A DNA stretch of 63,330 bases. It comes from Rubricoccaceae bacterium. Its GTDB lineage: Bacteria; Bacteroidota; Rhodothermia; Rhodothermales; Rubricoccaceae. The stretch lies in the NCBI GenBank assembly GCA_046292345.1, contig JBKBRC010000006.1, positions 12,473 through 75,802 of the forward strand, written 5' to 3'. The notes beneath the pieces are model-generated. The model made no database searches and was not told the DNA's origin. It saw nothing but the letters and a program-made list of their open reading frames with translations. Position numbers and translations under genes: made by a program. Shown here piece by piece: positions 1 to 9,460 of the stretch. The first letter of the stretch is position 1. Each line of letters starts with the position of its first letter.

Positions 1-52
1 GTGTCCGGCGGTGTGTTTTGCTCGCGCTTTTCCCGTACAGGGTGAGTCTGCG

Positions 53-121
53 CTCTCGTCGCAGACCCGTCTCGTCGCAGACCCGTCTCGTCGCAGACCC
101 GTCTCGTCGCAGACCCGTCTC
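53..121. repeat. 16-bp tandem repeat GTCTCGTCGCAGACCC, about 4.3 copies
   Basis: Read directly: copies at 53-68 (1 mismatch), 69-84, 85-100 and 101-116, plus a partial copy. It lies about 95 nt upstream of the DUF192 start. Confidence 0.95.
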
Positions 122-214
122 AGCACAGAGGGGGGATTGAAACCCGGCGAAGACCTCGCGGACGCACGGCGCCGAGAGGACGGTTAGCTTTTGACGTCCC
201 CCTCCCACCAGGTC

Positions 215-709
215 ATGCGCTTCGTCGCCCTCGCGCTGCTGCTCGCCGCCCCCGGTCTCGCCGCCTGCGAGCGCGAGCCCCCACCGCCCGAGCCGCCCGT
301 CTCGATCCCGTTCGAGATTCACGGCGAGCTGGACGTGCTCCGCGGCGACAGCGTCCTCACGACCGTTGCCATCGAGATTGCCGACACGGACTCGACGCGC
401 CAGCGCGGCCTCATGCAGCGCTACGAGATCCCCGAGCGCACGGGCATGCTGTTCATCTTTCCGTACGCGCAGCAGCAGGCCTTCTACATGGCCAACACGC
501 CCCGCTCGCTCGACATCATGTACTTCGGGCCGGACTCGGCGCTCGTCAACGTGGCCGCCAACACGCGCCCGTTCGACGTGAGCACGGTCGTCTCCGAGGG
601 CCCGGCGCAGTTCGTGCTCGAGATGCCGGCCGGGTTCGCACGGCGACACGGCCTCGTGCCCGGCGACCGCATCCGCTGGACCGACCGCCGCTTCGCGGGC
701 GGACCGTGA
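215..709 (+). CDS. DUF192 family lipoprotein
   Basis: Lipoprotein-type signal MRFVALALLLAAPGLAAC. DUF192-like motifs DTDSTRQRGLMQR, GMLFIF, FYMANT and LDIMYF. The ATG at 215 is preferred over the TTG at 191. Confidence 0.75.
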   Translation: MRFVALALLLAAPGLAACEREPPPPEPPVSIPFEIHGELDVLRGDSVLTTVAIEIADTDSTRQRGLMQRYEIPERTGMLFIFPYAQQQAFYMANTPRSLDIMYFGPDSALVNVAANTRPFDVSTVVSEGPAQFVLEMPAGFARRHGLVPGDRIRWTDRRFAGGP

Positions 710-853
710 CGGGCGCCCCGCCCCGGCTGCGCCGCATGAAGAAAGAGCGGACGCGCCCGCGCGACGCAACAGACCGTATCACGAGACGTTCTGGCGCCAT
801 CGATGCGTCCCGTCGGCCCCCCCGCCCCCCTCGGTGGCCGACCGACCACGATC

Positions 854-885
854 CCGCCGGCCCCGTAAGGCCGGCGGTTTTTTTT
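854..885 (+). terminator. Rho-independent terminator (9-bp GC stem plus T8)
   Basis: CCGCCGGCC (854-862), loop CCGTAA, GGCCGGCGG (869-877), then TTTTTTTT (878-885). It lies downstream of the DUF192 gene, and the T-run overlaps the TAA stop of the convergent ABC gene. Confidence 0.75.
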
Positions 886-1546
886 ATGCTCCCGTGGTGC
901 GGTCGCCCGCTGCCGTGCCGGCCTCCACACCTCCGCCGAGCAGGACCCGCCGCGTGCACAGGGCGGCCTCGTCAGGCTCGTTGGTGGCCACGACGACCAC
1001 GCGCCGGTCATCGGCCACCAGCGCGGCCACGAGCGCGCGGCCGGCCGCGTCGAGCGTGGCCGACGGCTCGTCGAGCAGGAGCACGGGCGGGTCGTGGAGC
1101 AGAGCCGCCGCGAGGCGGAGCCGCTGCCGCATCCCCGTCGAGTAGGTCCGGAGCAGGTCGTCGCCGCGCCCGGCCAGGCCCACGCGCTCGAGCAGTGCCG
1201 CGGTGCGCGCCCGGGCCGCGCGCGCGCCGAGGCCATAGCTCTGGGCCAGGAAGTGCAGGTTCTCGGCGCCCGAGAGCGCGTCGTAGTGCTGGAGGTACGG
1301 CGCCACGAAGCCGACCTGCCGCGGAAGGCGGTGCGGCGGCTCGGCACGCCCGCCGCGCTCGAGGAAGACGCGCCCGGTGTCGGGGCCGCGCACGCCCGCA
1401 AGCACGCGCAGCAGGCTGGACTTGCCGCTGCCGTTGGCTCCCGTGATCGCCAGCGGCTCTCCCGCCTCGGCCGCGAACGAGAGGTCGCGCACCAGCGCCC
1501 GCGTGCCGTAGCGGAGGGCGACGTTTTCGGCGACGAGGCGTAGCAT
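884..1546 (-). CDS. ABC transporter ATP-binding protein with no permease gene adjacent
   Basis: Walker A GANGSGKSS, ABC signature YSTGMRQRL and Walker B LLLDEP. Start taken at the internal ATG (MLRLVAENV), although the ORF extends to 1630. Confidence 0.85.
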   Translation of the reverse strand: MLRLVAENVALRYGTRALVRDLSFAAEAGEPLAITGANGSGKSSLLRVLAGVRGPDTGRVFLERGGRAEPPHRLPRQVGFVAPYLQHYDALSGAENLHFLAQSYGLGARAARARTAALLERVGLAGRGDDLLRTYSTGMRQRLRLAAALLHDPPVLLLDEPSATLDAAGRALVAALVADDRRVVVVATNEPDEAALCTRRVLLGGGVEAGTAAGDRTTGA

Positions 1547-1600
1547 AAGGGCAAGGCGGGAGGCGCGGCGGCATGATACCGCCCCGTTCGCCGGACCGCC

Positions 1601-1636
1601 CCAGCCCGGCACCCCTGCCCAGCCCGGCACCCCTGC
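1601..1636. repeat. 18-bp tandem duplication CCAGCCCGGCACCCCTGC x2
   Basis: Two perfect copies (1601-1618 and 1619-1636) in the divergent spacer, ending 12 nt before the ATG at 1648. Confidence 0.9.
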
Positions 1637-1647
1637 GCTCCGTCTCC

Positions 1648-2163
1648 ATGTACCCGGTCGCTCTCAGTCTCCTGCTCCTCGCCGAAGCGCTCGCAGGCGC
1701 GCAGGCCGTCCCTCGCGGGGCGCCCGCGCCGCGCGCCGCGGCGGTGCTCGAGCCCACCGGCCGCAGCGACGGCATCCGCGGGACCGTCTACGCGACGCGC
1801 TATGCTGAGGGCACCCGCGTGCGCGCCGTGCTGCGCGGCTTCGGCCGCGACGGCCTCTTCGGCTTCCAGGTGCTCGACGCGGCCAGCTGCGCCGACGCCC
1901 CGCGCGCGCCCGTGCTCGGCGACGCCGCGCACCCGCACGGCAGCCCCTACGACCCGCCCGCCCTCCGCCGTGCCGGCAGCCTCGGCAACGTGCACGCTCG
2001 CCGGGGCGTGGCCCGCTACGACCGCCTGGATCCGCTGCTCGACCTCGGAGACGCCCTCGGGCGAATCGTCGTCGTGCGCGCGCGGCAGGACGACGGCATC
2101 ACGCCCCCCGACGGCGCCGCCGGCCCTGTCGTTGCGTGCGGCGTGCTGCGTCCGGCCCCCTAG
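1648..2163 (+). CDS. Cu/Zn superoxide dismutase-like protein (SodC fold) with degenerate metal ligands
   Basis: Signal peptide MYPVALSLLLLAEALAGAQA. SodC-like blocks FGFQVLDAASC, RRAGSLGNV, VVVRARQDD and ACGVL. The canonical GFHxH and VH histidines are replaced. Confidence 0.6.
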   Translation: MYPVALSLLLLAEALAGAQAVPRGAPAPRAAAVLEPTGRSDGIRGTVYATRYAEGTRVRAVLRGFGRDGLFGFQVLDAASCADAPRAPVLGDAAHPHGSPYDPPALRRAGSLGNVHARRGVARYDRLDPLLDLGDALGRIVVVRARQDDGITPPDGAAGPVVACGVLRPAP

Positions 2164-2174
2164 CCCCCTCGCCC

Positions 2175-3014
2175 ATGTCGCGCTCGCCGGCCCTCCTGCT
2201 CGCCCTGCTCGCCACCGCTGCGCTGGCAGCGGCACTCGGGTGGGTGGCGCGGGGCGCCCTCCCGTCCGCCCCGCCCGGGCCAGACCCGCCGGCGCACGCC
2301 CCCGACGTCTCCGCGAGCGCGCTCGACTCGCTCGAGGCCCGCCTGGACCGCCTCCGCGGCCGCCTCGTGCGCGTCGAGCCGCCGGCCCCGGAGGATGAGG
2401 CCGCCCTCCGCCGGCCGCGCACGCCCCCGTACACGCTCCACCTCGCCCGCGCCGACTCGCTCGGCGTGCCGCCCGTCCGCGACGAAGCCGACGTCGAGGC
2501 GCACGTGCAGGCCGGGCGCCTGGTGCCCCTCGGCGACACCGAGCGCTACGTCGTGCGCGTGCTCGAGCACTCGAAGCCGTTCGCCACGCCCCGCACACGC
2601 GCCATGCTCGACGAGATCGGCCGGCGCTTCCGCGACTCGCTCGCCGCACGCGGCCTGCCGCCCTACCGGCTCGTCGTCACGTCCGGCCTGCGCACGGCCG
2701 ACCTGCAGGCCGACCTGACGCGCACCAACCGCAACGCCATTGCGGGCACGTCCTCGCACGAGTACGGCACGAGCATCGACCTGGTCTACACCCGCTACGC
2801 GTTCCTTCACGACCCGGCCGACGTGCCCCCGGGCGGCGACGCCGTGCAGCGGCTCTACCTCCGCAGCGTCGCCGACATGGGCGCGGCGCACTGGCAGCAC
2901 CTGTACGGCGTCCTCGCGCGCGTGCTCCGGCAGATGCAGCGCGAGGGGCGCGTGCTCGTGCTGCTCGAGGCCGAGCAGCCCGTCTTCCACCTCACGCTCG
3001 ACTACGGCTCGTGA
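2175..3014 (+). CDS. Peptidase M15 / VanY-like (DUF5715-like) protein
   Basis: N-terminal TM or signal segment. TSGLRTADLQ and GTSSHEYGTSIDLVY resemble the SxHxxGxAxD zinc-site motif of LD-/DD-carboxypeptidases. Confidence 0.5.
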   Translation: MSRSPALLLALLATAALAAALGWVARGALPSAPPGPDPPAHAPDVSASALDSLEARLDRLRGRLVRVEPPAPEDEAALRRPRTPPYTLHLARADSLGVPPVRDEADVEAHVQAGRLVPLGDTERYVVRVLEHSKPFATPRTRAMLDEIGRRFRDSLAARGLPPYRLVVTSGLRTADLQADLTRTNRNAIAGTSSHEYGTSIDLVYTRYAFLHDPADVPPGGDAVQRLYLRSVADMGAAHWQHLYGVLARVLRQMQREGRVLVLLEAEQPVFHLTLDYGS

Positions 3015-3055
3015 CGCCGGCCCACGGCGCCGGCCCATGGCGCCGGCCCATGGCG
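3015..3055. repeat. 13-bp tandem repeat CGCCGGCCCA(C/T)GG x3
   Basis: Starts at the first base after the TGA stop (3012-3014). Copies at 3015-3027, 3028-3040 and 3041-3053. Confidence 0.9.
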
Positions 3056-3109
3056 TCCGTGTGGGCGCCGGCGGGCGCTGCAGCGCCCACACGGGGCGTG
3101 ACACGCTCT

Positions 3110-3124
3110 GGGCACCCTGCTGGC
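3110..3124 (+). promoter_or_regulatory. Candidate sigma-54 (-24/-12) promoter GGGCAC-N5-TGGC
   Basis: gGGCACcctgcTGGC compared with the consensus TGGCAC-N5-TTGC. The GG-N10-GC spacing is correct, and the site ends 29 nt before the ATG at 3153. A GAFTGA-containing activator is encoded 3.4 kb downstream. Confidence 0.35.
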
Positions 3125-3152
3125 CTAACTTTCGTCCTCTTCCCCCTGGTCC

Positions 3153-4055
3153 ATGAAGCGCTCCCGCCTCCTTCTGTTCTTCTTCCTGCTCGCGCTCCTG
3201 CTGCCGGCCGTCGTGTGCGCGCAGCCGGTGGCGAGCGCACCCGCGACCGAGCGCCCCGACGAGGCCCTCGTCGAGGCCGTGCTCGACGCGCTCGAGGCCG
3301 ACGTGCTGCGCGTCTTCCTCGTCCGCTCCTCGCTCAAGGACCGCTCCCTCTGGGCCGTCGAGCAGACCGTCTGGCCGGACACGCTCTCGGCCGCCGCGGC
3401 GGGTGCGCTCCGCCTCGAGGGCGAGGCGGCGCTGCTCGCCGAGGCCGTGCGCACGCTCGACCGCGGGCGCTACCGCCGCTTCCTGGCGCGCGACGTGGCC
3501 GTGTTCGGGCTCGAGAACCTGGACGAGGCCTTCGAGCGCTACCTCGCCGCCCCGCTGCCGCCCGACGACGCGCTGCGCCTCGAGCTAGCCCGGCGCTACA
3601 TCGAGGCGAGCGGCCGGTTGGACTTCATGGCGGCCGTCGCGCGGCCCGGCGTGGCCGGCGTGGCCTCCACGCCCGACGCGCAGTTCGCCATCGCGATGCA
3701 GGGCCTTTCGGATGAGCAGGCCGTCGAGTACGCCATGGAGGCCGTCCGCCTCCAGATGGCCGAGGTGCTGCCCGTGCTCTACGCGCACCTGCACCGCGAC
3801 GAGCCCGTCGGGGAGATCGAGGCCATGGTAGCGTGGTACGAGTCGGCCGCGGGTGCGCACGCGGCGGCGCTCGTCACAGGCGCCTTTGCGGCGGCCGTGC
3901 TCGCCGAGGCCGGCACGCTGCTGCGGCAGGTCGGCGTCGAGTCCGTGACCGGCCCGCCCTACACGACGCCGCCGCAGCCGGGCGGGCTCCTCTCCGAAGA
4001 CCGCTGGCTCGAGCCGACGCTCCCGCCGGGCGGGCTGGCCGCCCCCGCGCCATGA
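3153..4055 (+). CDS. Hypothetical exported protein, alpha-helical and Ala/Leu/Glu-rich
   Basis: Clear signal peptide MKRSRLLLFFFLLALLLPAVVCAQ and high GC3. Its stop overlaps the polB ATG (ATGA at 4052-4055). No family recognised. Confidence 0.7.
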   Translation: MKRSRLLLFFFLLALLLPAVVCAQPVASAPATERPDEALVEAVLDALEADVLRVFLVRSSLKDRSLWAVEQTVWPDTLSAAAAGALRLEGEAALLAEAVRTLDRGRYRRFLARDVAVFGLENLDEAFERYLAAPLPPDDALRLELARRYIEASGRLDFMAAVARPGVAGVASTPDAQFAIAMQGLSDEQAVEYAMEAVRLQMAEVLPVLYAHLHRDEPVGEIEAMVAWYESAAGAHAAALVTGAFAAAVLAEAGTLLRQVGVESVTGPPYTTPPQPGGLLSEDRWLEPTLPPGGLAAPAP

Positions 4056-6466
4056 GCGGCGCCCCCCGGCCGGGCGCGGCTCCGGCCACGGCGCAGGCGG
4101 CCTCGGCGGCCGTGCCCGGGACGGCCGCGGAAGCGGACGCGCTGCTCTACGGCCATCATCCGGACGCTCGGATCGTCGGCCTGCACGTGCTCGAGCCCGC
4201 CCCCGGGGGCGGCGAGCGCGTCCGCCTCTACCGCCGCGCGCCCGAGGGCACCGTCTCGCACGAAGACGTCCCGTGGCACCCGTTCTTCTTCCTGAGCGAC
4301 CTCGCGCTGCTGGCCGGCTTCCCGCGCGCGCGCTTCCGCTACCAGACGCTCGCCGGCGACGGCTTCTACCGTCACCTCGTCGTCTTCCCCTCGCGCGACG
4401 CCTACTGGGACGCCCTCCGGCACGTCCGCAGCCGCGCCGAGACGCAGAAGGACCGCCCGGACGCGGTCTACCTTGCCGGCGCGCCCGAGCAGCAGGCGCT
4501 CATGCAGTCGGGCCGCACGCTCTTCAAAAGCATGGACTTCGCCGACGTGCGCCGCCTCCAGCTCGACCTCGAGGTCTACGCGCCCGACGGCTTCCCGGAC
4601 GCGGCCCACCCCGAACACCGCATCATCCTCGTCGCGCTCAGCGACAGCACCGGCTGGACACGCCTCGTCGGCGGGCCGGACATGGACGAGGCCGACGTGC
4701 TCCGCGAGACGCTCCGCCTCGTCGCCGCGCGCGACCCGGACGTCCTCGAGGGCCACAACATCTACGGCTTCGACCTGCCCTACCTCGCCGCGCGCTGCCG
4801 GCGGCACGGGATCGCGCTCGCGCTCGGCCGCGACGGCTCCGCCCCGCGCACCTTCCCCGCCACCATGCGCTTCGCCGAGCGCAGCGTGGACTTCGAGGCG
4901 GCCGAGATCGCCGGGCGCCACGTCGTGGACACGCTCTTCCTCGTCATGGCCTACGACGTGTTCACGCGCGATCTGCCGGCCTATACGCTCAAGGCCGCCG
5001 CGCGCCACTTCGGCTTCGCCCCCGAGGGGCGCACCTACATCGAGGGCGCCGAGATCGCGCGCGTCTGGCGCGACGACCCCGCCCGCGTGATGGCCTACGC
5101 GCTCGACGACGCGCGCGAGACCGAGCGCCTCGCGCGCCACCTCTCGGGCAGCCATTTCTACCTGGCCCAGATGGTGCCCATGCCCTACGGGCAGCTCGCG
5201 CGCACGGGCCCGGCGGCCAAGATCGAGGCGCTCTTCGTGCGCGCCTACCTGCACGCGCGGCAGAGCCTGCCGCGCGCCGAGACCGGCAGCCAGGTCGTGG
5301 GCGGCTACACGGACGTGTTCGTGACCGGCCTCGTCGGGCCGGTCGTCTACGCCGACGTCGAGAGCCTCTACCCGAGCATCATGCTCACGCACGACGTGCG
5401 CCCGGCCGGCGACGCGCTCGGCGTCTTCCCGCGCCTGCTGCGCACGCTCACCGCCCTCCGCCTCGAGACCAAGGCCGCCATGCGCGCCGCCAGGGACGCG
5501 CACGCCCGCGCCGAGCTCGACGCCCGGCAGACGGCCTACAAGAACATCATCAACTCGTTCTACGGCAACCTCGGCTTCGGCTTCGCGCTCTTCAACGACT
5601 TCGCCGAGGCCGACCGCGTCGCCGCCACCGGGCAGGACCTGCTCCGCCGCATGATCCGCCGCATCCGCGAGGCCGGCGGGCGCGTCGTCGAGGCCGATAC
5701 CGACGGCGTGCTCTTCGTGCCGCCGCCGGACGTAGCGGGCGAGGCCGCCGAGCGCGCCTTCGTCGCCGCGCTCTCGGACGCGCTGCCGGAGGGCATCCGC
5801 GTCGGCTTCGACGGGCGCTTCGCGCGCATGCTCTCGTACAAGAAGAAGAACTACGCGCTGCTGGGCTACGACGGGCAGATCAAGTTCAAGGGCTCGAGCC
5901 TCGTCTCGCGCTCGGCCGAGCGCTTCGGGCGGCGCTTCCTGCGCGAGGCCGTGCGCCTGCTGCTCGCCGAAGACGTGCAGGGCCTGCACGCGCTCTACCT
6001 GGCCACGCGCGAGACGATCCGCACGCACGCCTGGACGGCCGAGGACTTCCAGCGCACCGAGACGCTCAAGACCGACCTGGCCACGTACGTGGCCGACGTC
6101 GAGGCCGGGCGGCGCACGCGCGCGGCGGCCTACGAGCTGGCGCTCCGGCAGGCCGAGCAGACCGGCCGGCCCGTCCGCCGTGGCGACCGCGTGACGTACT
6201 ACGTGGCCGCCCACGCCGGCGCGCGCGCGTTCGAGGCGGCCCGCCCGGCCAGCGCCTGGGACCCCGCCGCGCCCGACGAGGACACCGCGCACTACCTCGC
6301 CCGGCTCGACACGTTCGCAGCGCGCTTCGCGCCGTTTTTCGCCTCCGAGCACGACTTCCGCCTCGTCTTCTCCGAGGAAGACCTCTTCGGCTTCGACGCC
6401 GCCGCCGTCCGCCTCGCCGTAACCGAGCGCGCGCCCGAGGACGTCGAGGACGACGTGCCGTTCTGA
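4052..6466 (+). CDS. polB: Family B DNA polymerase (Pol II-like)
   Basis: Exo I LDLEV, Exo II NIYGFDLPYL and Exo III YALDDA. Pol motif A DVESLYPSIM, motif B KNIINSFYGNLG, motif C EADTDGV, plus KKKNY. Start taken at the ATG at 4052. Confidence 0.9.
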   Translation: MSGAPRPGAAPATAQAASAAVPGTAAEADALLYGHHPDARIVGLHVLEPAPGGGERVRLYRRAPEGTVSHEDVPWHPFFFLSDLALLAGFPRARFRYQTLAGDGFYRHLVVFPSRDAYWDALRHVRSRAETQKDRPDAVYLAGAPEQQALMQSGRTLFKSMDFADVRRLQLDLEVYAPDGFPDAAHPEHRIILVALSDSTGWTRLVGGPDMDEADVLRETLRLVAARDPDVLEGHNIYGFDLPYLAARCRRHGIALALGRDGSAPRTFPATMRFAERSVDFEAAEIAGRHVVDTLFLVMAYDVFTRDLPAYTLKAAARHFGFAPEGRTYIEGAEIARVWRDDPARVMAYALDDARETERLARHLSGSHFYLAQMVPMPYGQLARTGPAAKIEALFVRAYLHARQSLPRAETGSQVVGGYTDVFVTGLVGPVVYADVESLYPSIMLTHDVRPAGDALGVFPRLLRTLTALRLETKAAMRAARDAHARAELDARQTAYKNIINSFYGNLGFGFALFNDFAEADRVAATGQDLLRRMIRRIREAGGRVVEADTDGVLFVPPPDVAGEAAERAFVAALSDALPEGIRVGFDGRFARMLSYKKKNYALLGYDGQIKFKGSSLVSRSAERFGRRFLREAVRLLLAEDVQGLHALYLATRETIRTHAWTAEDFQRTETLKTDLATYVADVEAGRRTRAAAYELALRQAEQTGRPVRRGDRVTYYVAAHAGARAFEAARPASAWDPAAPDEDTAHYLARLDTFAARFAPFFASEHDFRLVFSEEDLFGFDAAAVRLAVTERAPEDVEDDVPF

Positions 6467-6490
6467 GCCTCCCGCGGGCCGCGCGCCGCC

Positions 6491-7852
6491 TCAGTCGCCG
6501 CCGAGCCCGTAGCGGCGGAGCTTCTCGTAGAGCAGCCGCCGGTGGATGCCTAGCAGCTCGGCCGCGCGCGTGCGCACGCCTGCGGCCTCGCGCATCGCCC
6601 GCGCGACGAGCGCCTTCTCGACGGCCTCGAGGTGGGCCTGCATCGAGAAGCCCTCGCCGAGCGCGACGCCGTCGGCCCCGGCCGGCTCGGCGAGCGCGGC
6701 CGGCGGCGGCAGGTGCCGCGCGAGCACGACCTCGTCGCCGGCCATGAGCAGCGCGTGGCGGATCGCGTTCTCGAGCTCGCGCACGTTGCCCGGCCACGGG
6801 CGCGCCGCGAGGGCCGCGCGCGCCTCCGGCGCCAGGCCCGGGTGGCCCGGCGGCGCGTGGCGGCGGAGGAGCGCTTCGGCGAGCGCCTGCACGTCGGCCG
6901 GGCCGCGCTCCCGCAGCGGCGGCAGATGGATGCGGAAAACGTGCAGGCGGAAGTAGAGGTCCTGGCGGAAAGCGCCCTCGGCCGCCATCGCGGCCAGGTC
7001 GCGGTGCGTGGCCGAGACGACGCGCACGTCGGCGCGGAGCGGCTCGCGCCCGCCCACGCGCGCGAACACGCCCTCCTGGAGCACGCGCAGCAGCTTGGCC
7101 TGCACGTCGAGCCCGAGGTCGCCGATCTCGTCCAGGAAGAGCGTACCGCCGCGGGCCTGCTCGAAGACGCCCGCGCGCTGCGCGACCGCCCCCGTGAACG
7201 CCCCCTTTTCGTAGCCAAAGAGCTCGCTCTCAATCAGGTCCCGGGGGATTGCGGCACAGTTGACGGCCACGAACGGCCCGCCGGCGCGGGCGCTGGCGGC
7301 GTGCAGCGCCCGCGCGACGAGCTCCTTGCCGGTTCCGCTCTCGCCCGAGACGAGCACAGGCACGTCGGCGCGGGCAGCGCGGCCGATGCGCTTGTAGACC
7401 TCGCGCATGCCCGGGCTCTGTCCCACGAGGCCGGGCGCATCGGGCTCGGCAGTGGCCTCGGCCGCGGTGCGGCGCGCGCGCTCGGTCTCAGCGCGGTGCT
7501 CGTAGGCCCTCCCGACGACGCCCAGCAGGTCGTCCACGTCGAACGGTTTGGTGACGTAGTCGAGCGCGCCCAGGCGCATCGCCTCGATGCTGTTGCGGCT
7601 GTCGCCGAAGGCCGTCAGCACGATCACGGCTGCGTCGAGGCCGTCGCGGAGCAGGTCGAGGCCGCTGCCGTCGGGCAGGCGCAGGTCGAGCAGGACCACG
7701 GGCGGCACGGCGTCGGCGAGCGCGGCGCGCGCCTCGGCGAGCGAGCGCGCCGGCACGGGCACGAAGCTCGCCTCGGCGAGGATTTCCTGGAGGTTGGCCT
7801 GCATCAGCGGCTCGTCCTCCACGACGAGTACGCGGCGGGGCAGCGCAGTCAT
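6491..7852 (-). CDS. Sigma-54-dependent response regulator (NtrC family)
   Basis: Receiver domain (VLVVEDEP...), AAA+ Walker A GESGTGKE, sigma-54 contact loop GAFTGA and a C-terminal Fis-type HTH. Its ATG overlaps the kinase stop. Confidence 0.92.
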   Translation of the reverse strand: MTALPRRVLVVEDEPLMQANLQEILAEASFVPVPARSLAEARAALADAVPPVVLLDLRLPDGSGLDLLRDGLDAAVIVLTAFGDSRNSIEAMRLGALDYVTKPFDVDDLLGVVGRAYEHRAETERARRTAAEATAEPDAPGLVGQSPGMREVYKRIGRAARADVPVLVSGESGTGKELVARALHAASARAGGPFVAVNCAAIPRDLIESELFGYEKGAFTGAVAQRAGVFEQARGGTLFLDEIGDLGLDVQAKLLRVLQEGVFARVGGREPLRADVRVVSATHRDLAAMAAEGAFRQDLYFRLHVFRIHLPPLRERGPADVQALAEALLRRHAPPGHPGLAPEARAALAARPWPGNVRELENAIRHALLMAGDEVVLARHLPPPAALAEPAGADGVALGEGFSMQAHLEAVEKALVARAMREAAGVRTRAAELLGIHRRLLYEKLRRYGLGGD

Positions 7853-9390
7853 GCGTCGGGCGGGTCGTCGGGAGCGGGAGCAGGGAGCGTGAGGCGGAAG
7901 CAGGCCCCGCCGAGCGGCGAGTCGTGGGCCTGGAGCGTACCGCCGTGGTGGCGCGCCGTCTCGAGCGCGAGCGCAAGGCCGAGGCCGAGGCCGTCGGGGC
8001 GCGTGGTGTAGAACGGCTCGAAGAGGCGCGCGGCATCGGGGGGCAGGCCAGGCCCATCGTCGTGCACTTCGAGGCCGAGGCCGCCCTCGTGGGCGCCCGC
8101 GAGCACGCGCACGCGGCGCGCGCCCGCCTCGAGCGCGTTGGCGACGAGGTTCTGCACGACCCCCTCGAGCGCGACCGGGTGGCGGTCCACCTCCGGCAGG
8201 TCGTCGGGGATGCGCGCGTCGAGCGCTGCGCCGGCGGCCTCGGCGCGCGGGCGCATCGCCTCCGTAGCCCGTCGCACGGCGTCACCGACGGGCCCGCGCT
8301 CGAGCGGCAGGCGCCCGACGGAGGTGAGGCGATACAGGTGCTCGATGACGCCGTCGAGCCGGTCGAGCTGGGCGATCACGTCGGGCAGGACGGGATCGTC
8401 GGCGACGTGGGCAGGGGCGCGGCGGAGCCAGAGCTGGAGGCGCGCCTTGACGCCGGCCAGCGGCGTGCGCACCTCGTGCGCGACGGCGCCGGCGAAGCGC
8501 CCCAGCGACGCCGCGCGCTCCTGGCGCGCGATCTGCCGGGCGAGGGCGGCCTCGGCGGCGCGGGCGCGCGTGAGCGAGGCGGCGAGCCCGTTGGCCGCGC
8601 GCGCGATGGCGGCGAAGTCGGGGTCGGCCGGCTCCGGCAGGAGCTGGCTCAGGTCGTCGGTGAGCGCGCCGAGGCCCCGCCGCACGGCGAGGGCCTGCCG
8701 GCGCAGCCCGACGAGCGCGCTCAGGAGCACCCCGCCCCCTACGAGCGCCAGCGCAAACGGCAGCAGGAACCACCCGTCGAGCGCGGCCGGGGCCGTCAGG
8801 TCCTGGCGGCGCTGGAGCGTCCAGGCGGCCCCGTAGGGCCGGTCGGGCAGGCTCGCGTCGAGGACGGGGGCGGCCGAGACGCCGAAGCGGCTGTAGGAGC
8901 TCACCCAGCGCGTGACCGTCGCGCGGTTCTGCATCGCCTCCCGGGCGACGTCGATGAGCAGGGCGACCTCGCGCGGCGGCGGTCCGTAGGCCGGCGCCGG
9001 CGGCGGCGAGGTCGGGAAGGCGAAGCCGTAGAAGGTGCTGTCGTCGGCGCTGTAGAAGCCGCCCTCGACGCCCTCGAAGCGGCGGAGCAGCGCCTCGGTG
9101 TAGCCGGTGAACGTGCCCGCCGCCGTACTCGCGGCCGTGCCCTGGCCGTCGGCGCCGTCGTACCACGCGCCGTAGGCGGCCGCGAGCGCCTCGGCCGCCT
9201 CGGCCGTCCAGCGCCCGGTCCGGGCGATCTCGCGCGCGAGCACGAGGCGGTCCCACACGAGCACGCGCCCGGCAACGAGCCCGACGGCCAGCAGCAGCAG
9301 CAGCCCGCCCACGAGCACGCGCCCGCGCACGCCGAGGCGGAGCGCGAAAGCGGACGAAAGCGCGAGCAGGGAGCGGACGGGGCGGGGCAT
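7849..9390 (-). CDS. Sensor histidine kinase
   Basis: H-box HEVRTPLAG and ATPase boxes NLVANALEAG, DDGPGLP and GLGLGLALAL, with two predicted TM segments. Start taken at the internal ATG (MPRPVRSLL), although the ORF extends to 9507. Confidence 0.85.
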   Translation of the reverse strand: MPRPVRSLLALSSAFALRLGVRGRVLVGGLLLLLAVGLVAGRVLVWDRLVLAREIARTGRWTAEAAEALAAAYGAWYDGADGQGTAASTAAGTFTGYTEALLRRFEGVEGGFYSADDSTFYGFAFPTSPPPAPAYGPPPREVALLIDVAREAMQNRATVTRWVSSYSRFGVSAAPVLDASLPDRPYGAAWTLQRRQDLTAPAALDGWFLLPFALALVGGGVLLSALVGLRRQALAVRRGLGALTDDLSQLLPEPADPDFAAIARAANGLAASLTRARAAEAALARQIARQERAASLGRFAGAVAHEVRTPLAGVKARLQLWLRRAPAHVADDPVLPDVIAQLDRLDGVIEHLYRLTSVGRLPLERGPVGDAVRRATEAMRPRAEAAGAALDARIPDDLPEVDRHPVALEGVVQNLVANALEAGARRVRVLAGAHEGGLGLEVHDDGPGLPPDAARLFEPFYTTRPDGLGLGLALALETARHHGGTLQAHDSPLGGACFRLTLPAPAPDDPPDA

Positions 9391-9460
9391 GAGATCGGAA
9401 CGTGCCGCCGCCGGCCTCGGGGAACCGAGACCGGCGGCCGGCAAAGGGCAGAGGCAGCTG

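Noticed and set aside
131-145. GGGGGATTGAAAC, reminiscent of the 3' end of many CRISPR repeats.
   Set aside because: There is a single occurrence with no repeat-spacer periodicity around it.
884-1546. A lone ABC ATPase as part of a novel transporter or toxin-like system.
   Set aside because: There is no permease or partner gene on either side, and the sequence is a generic CcmA-like ATPase. Nothing in the window supports a system-level interpretation.
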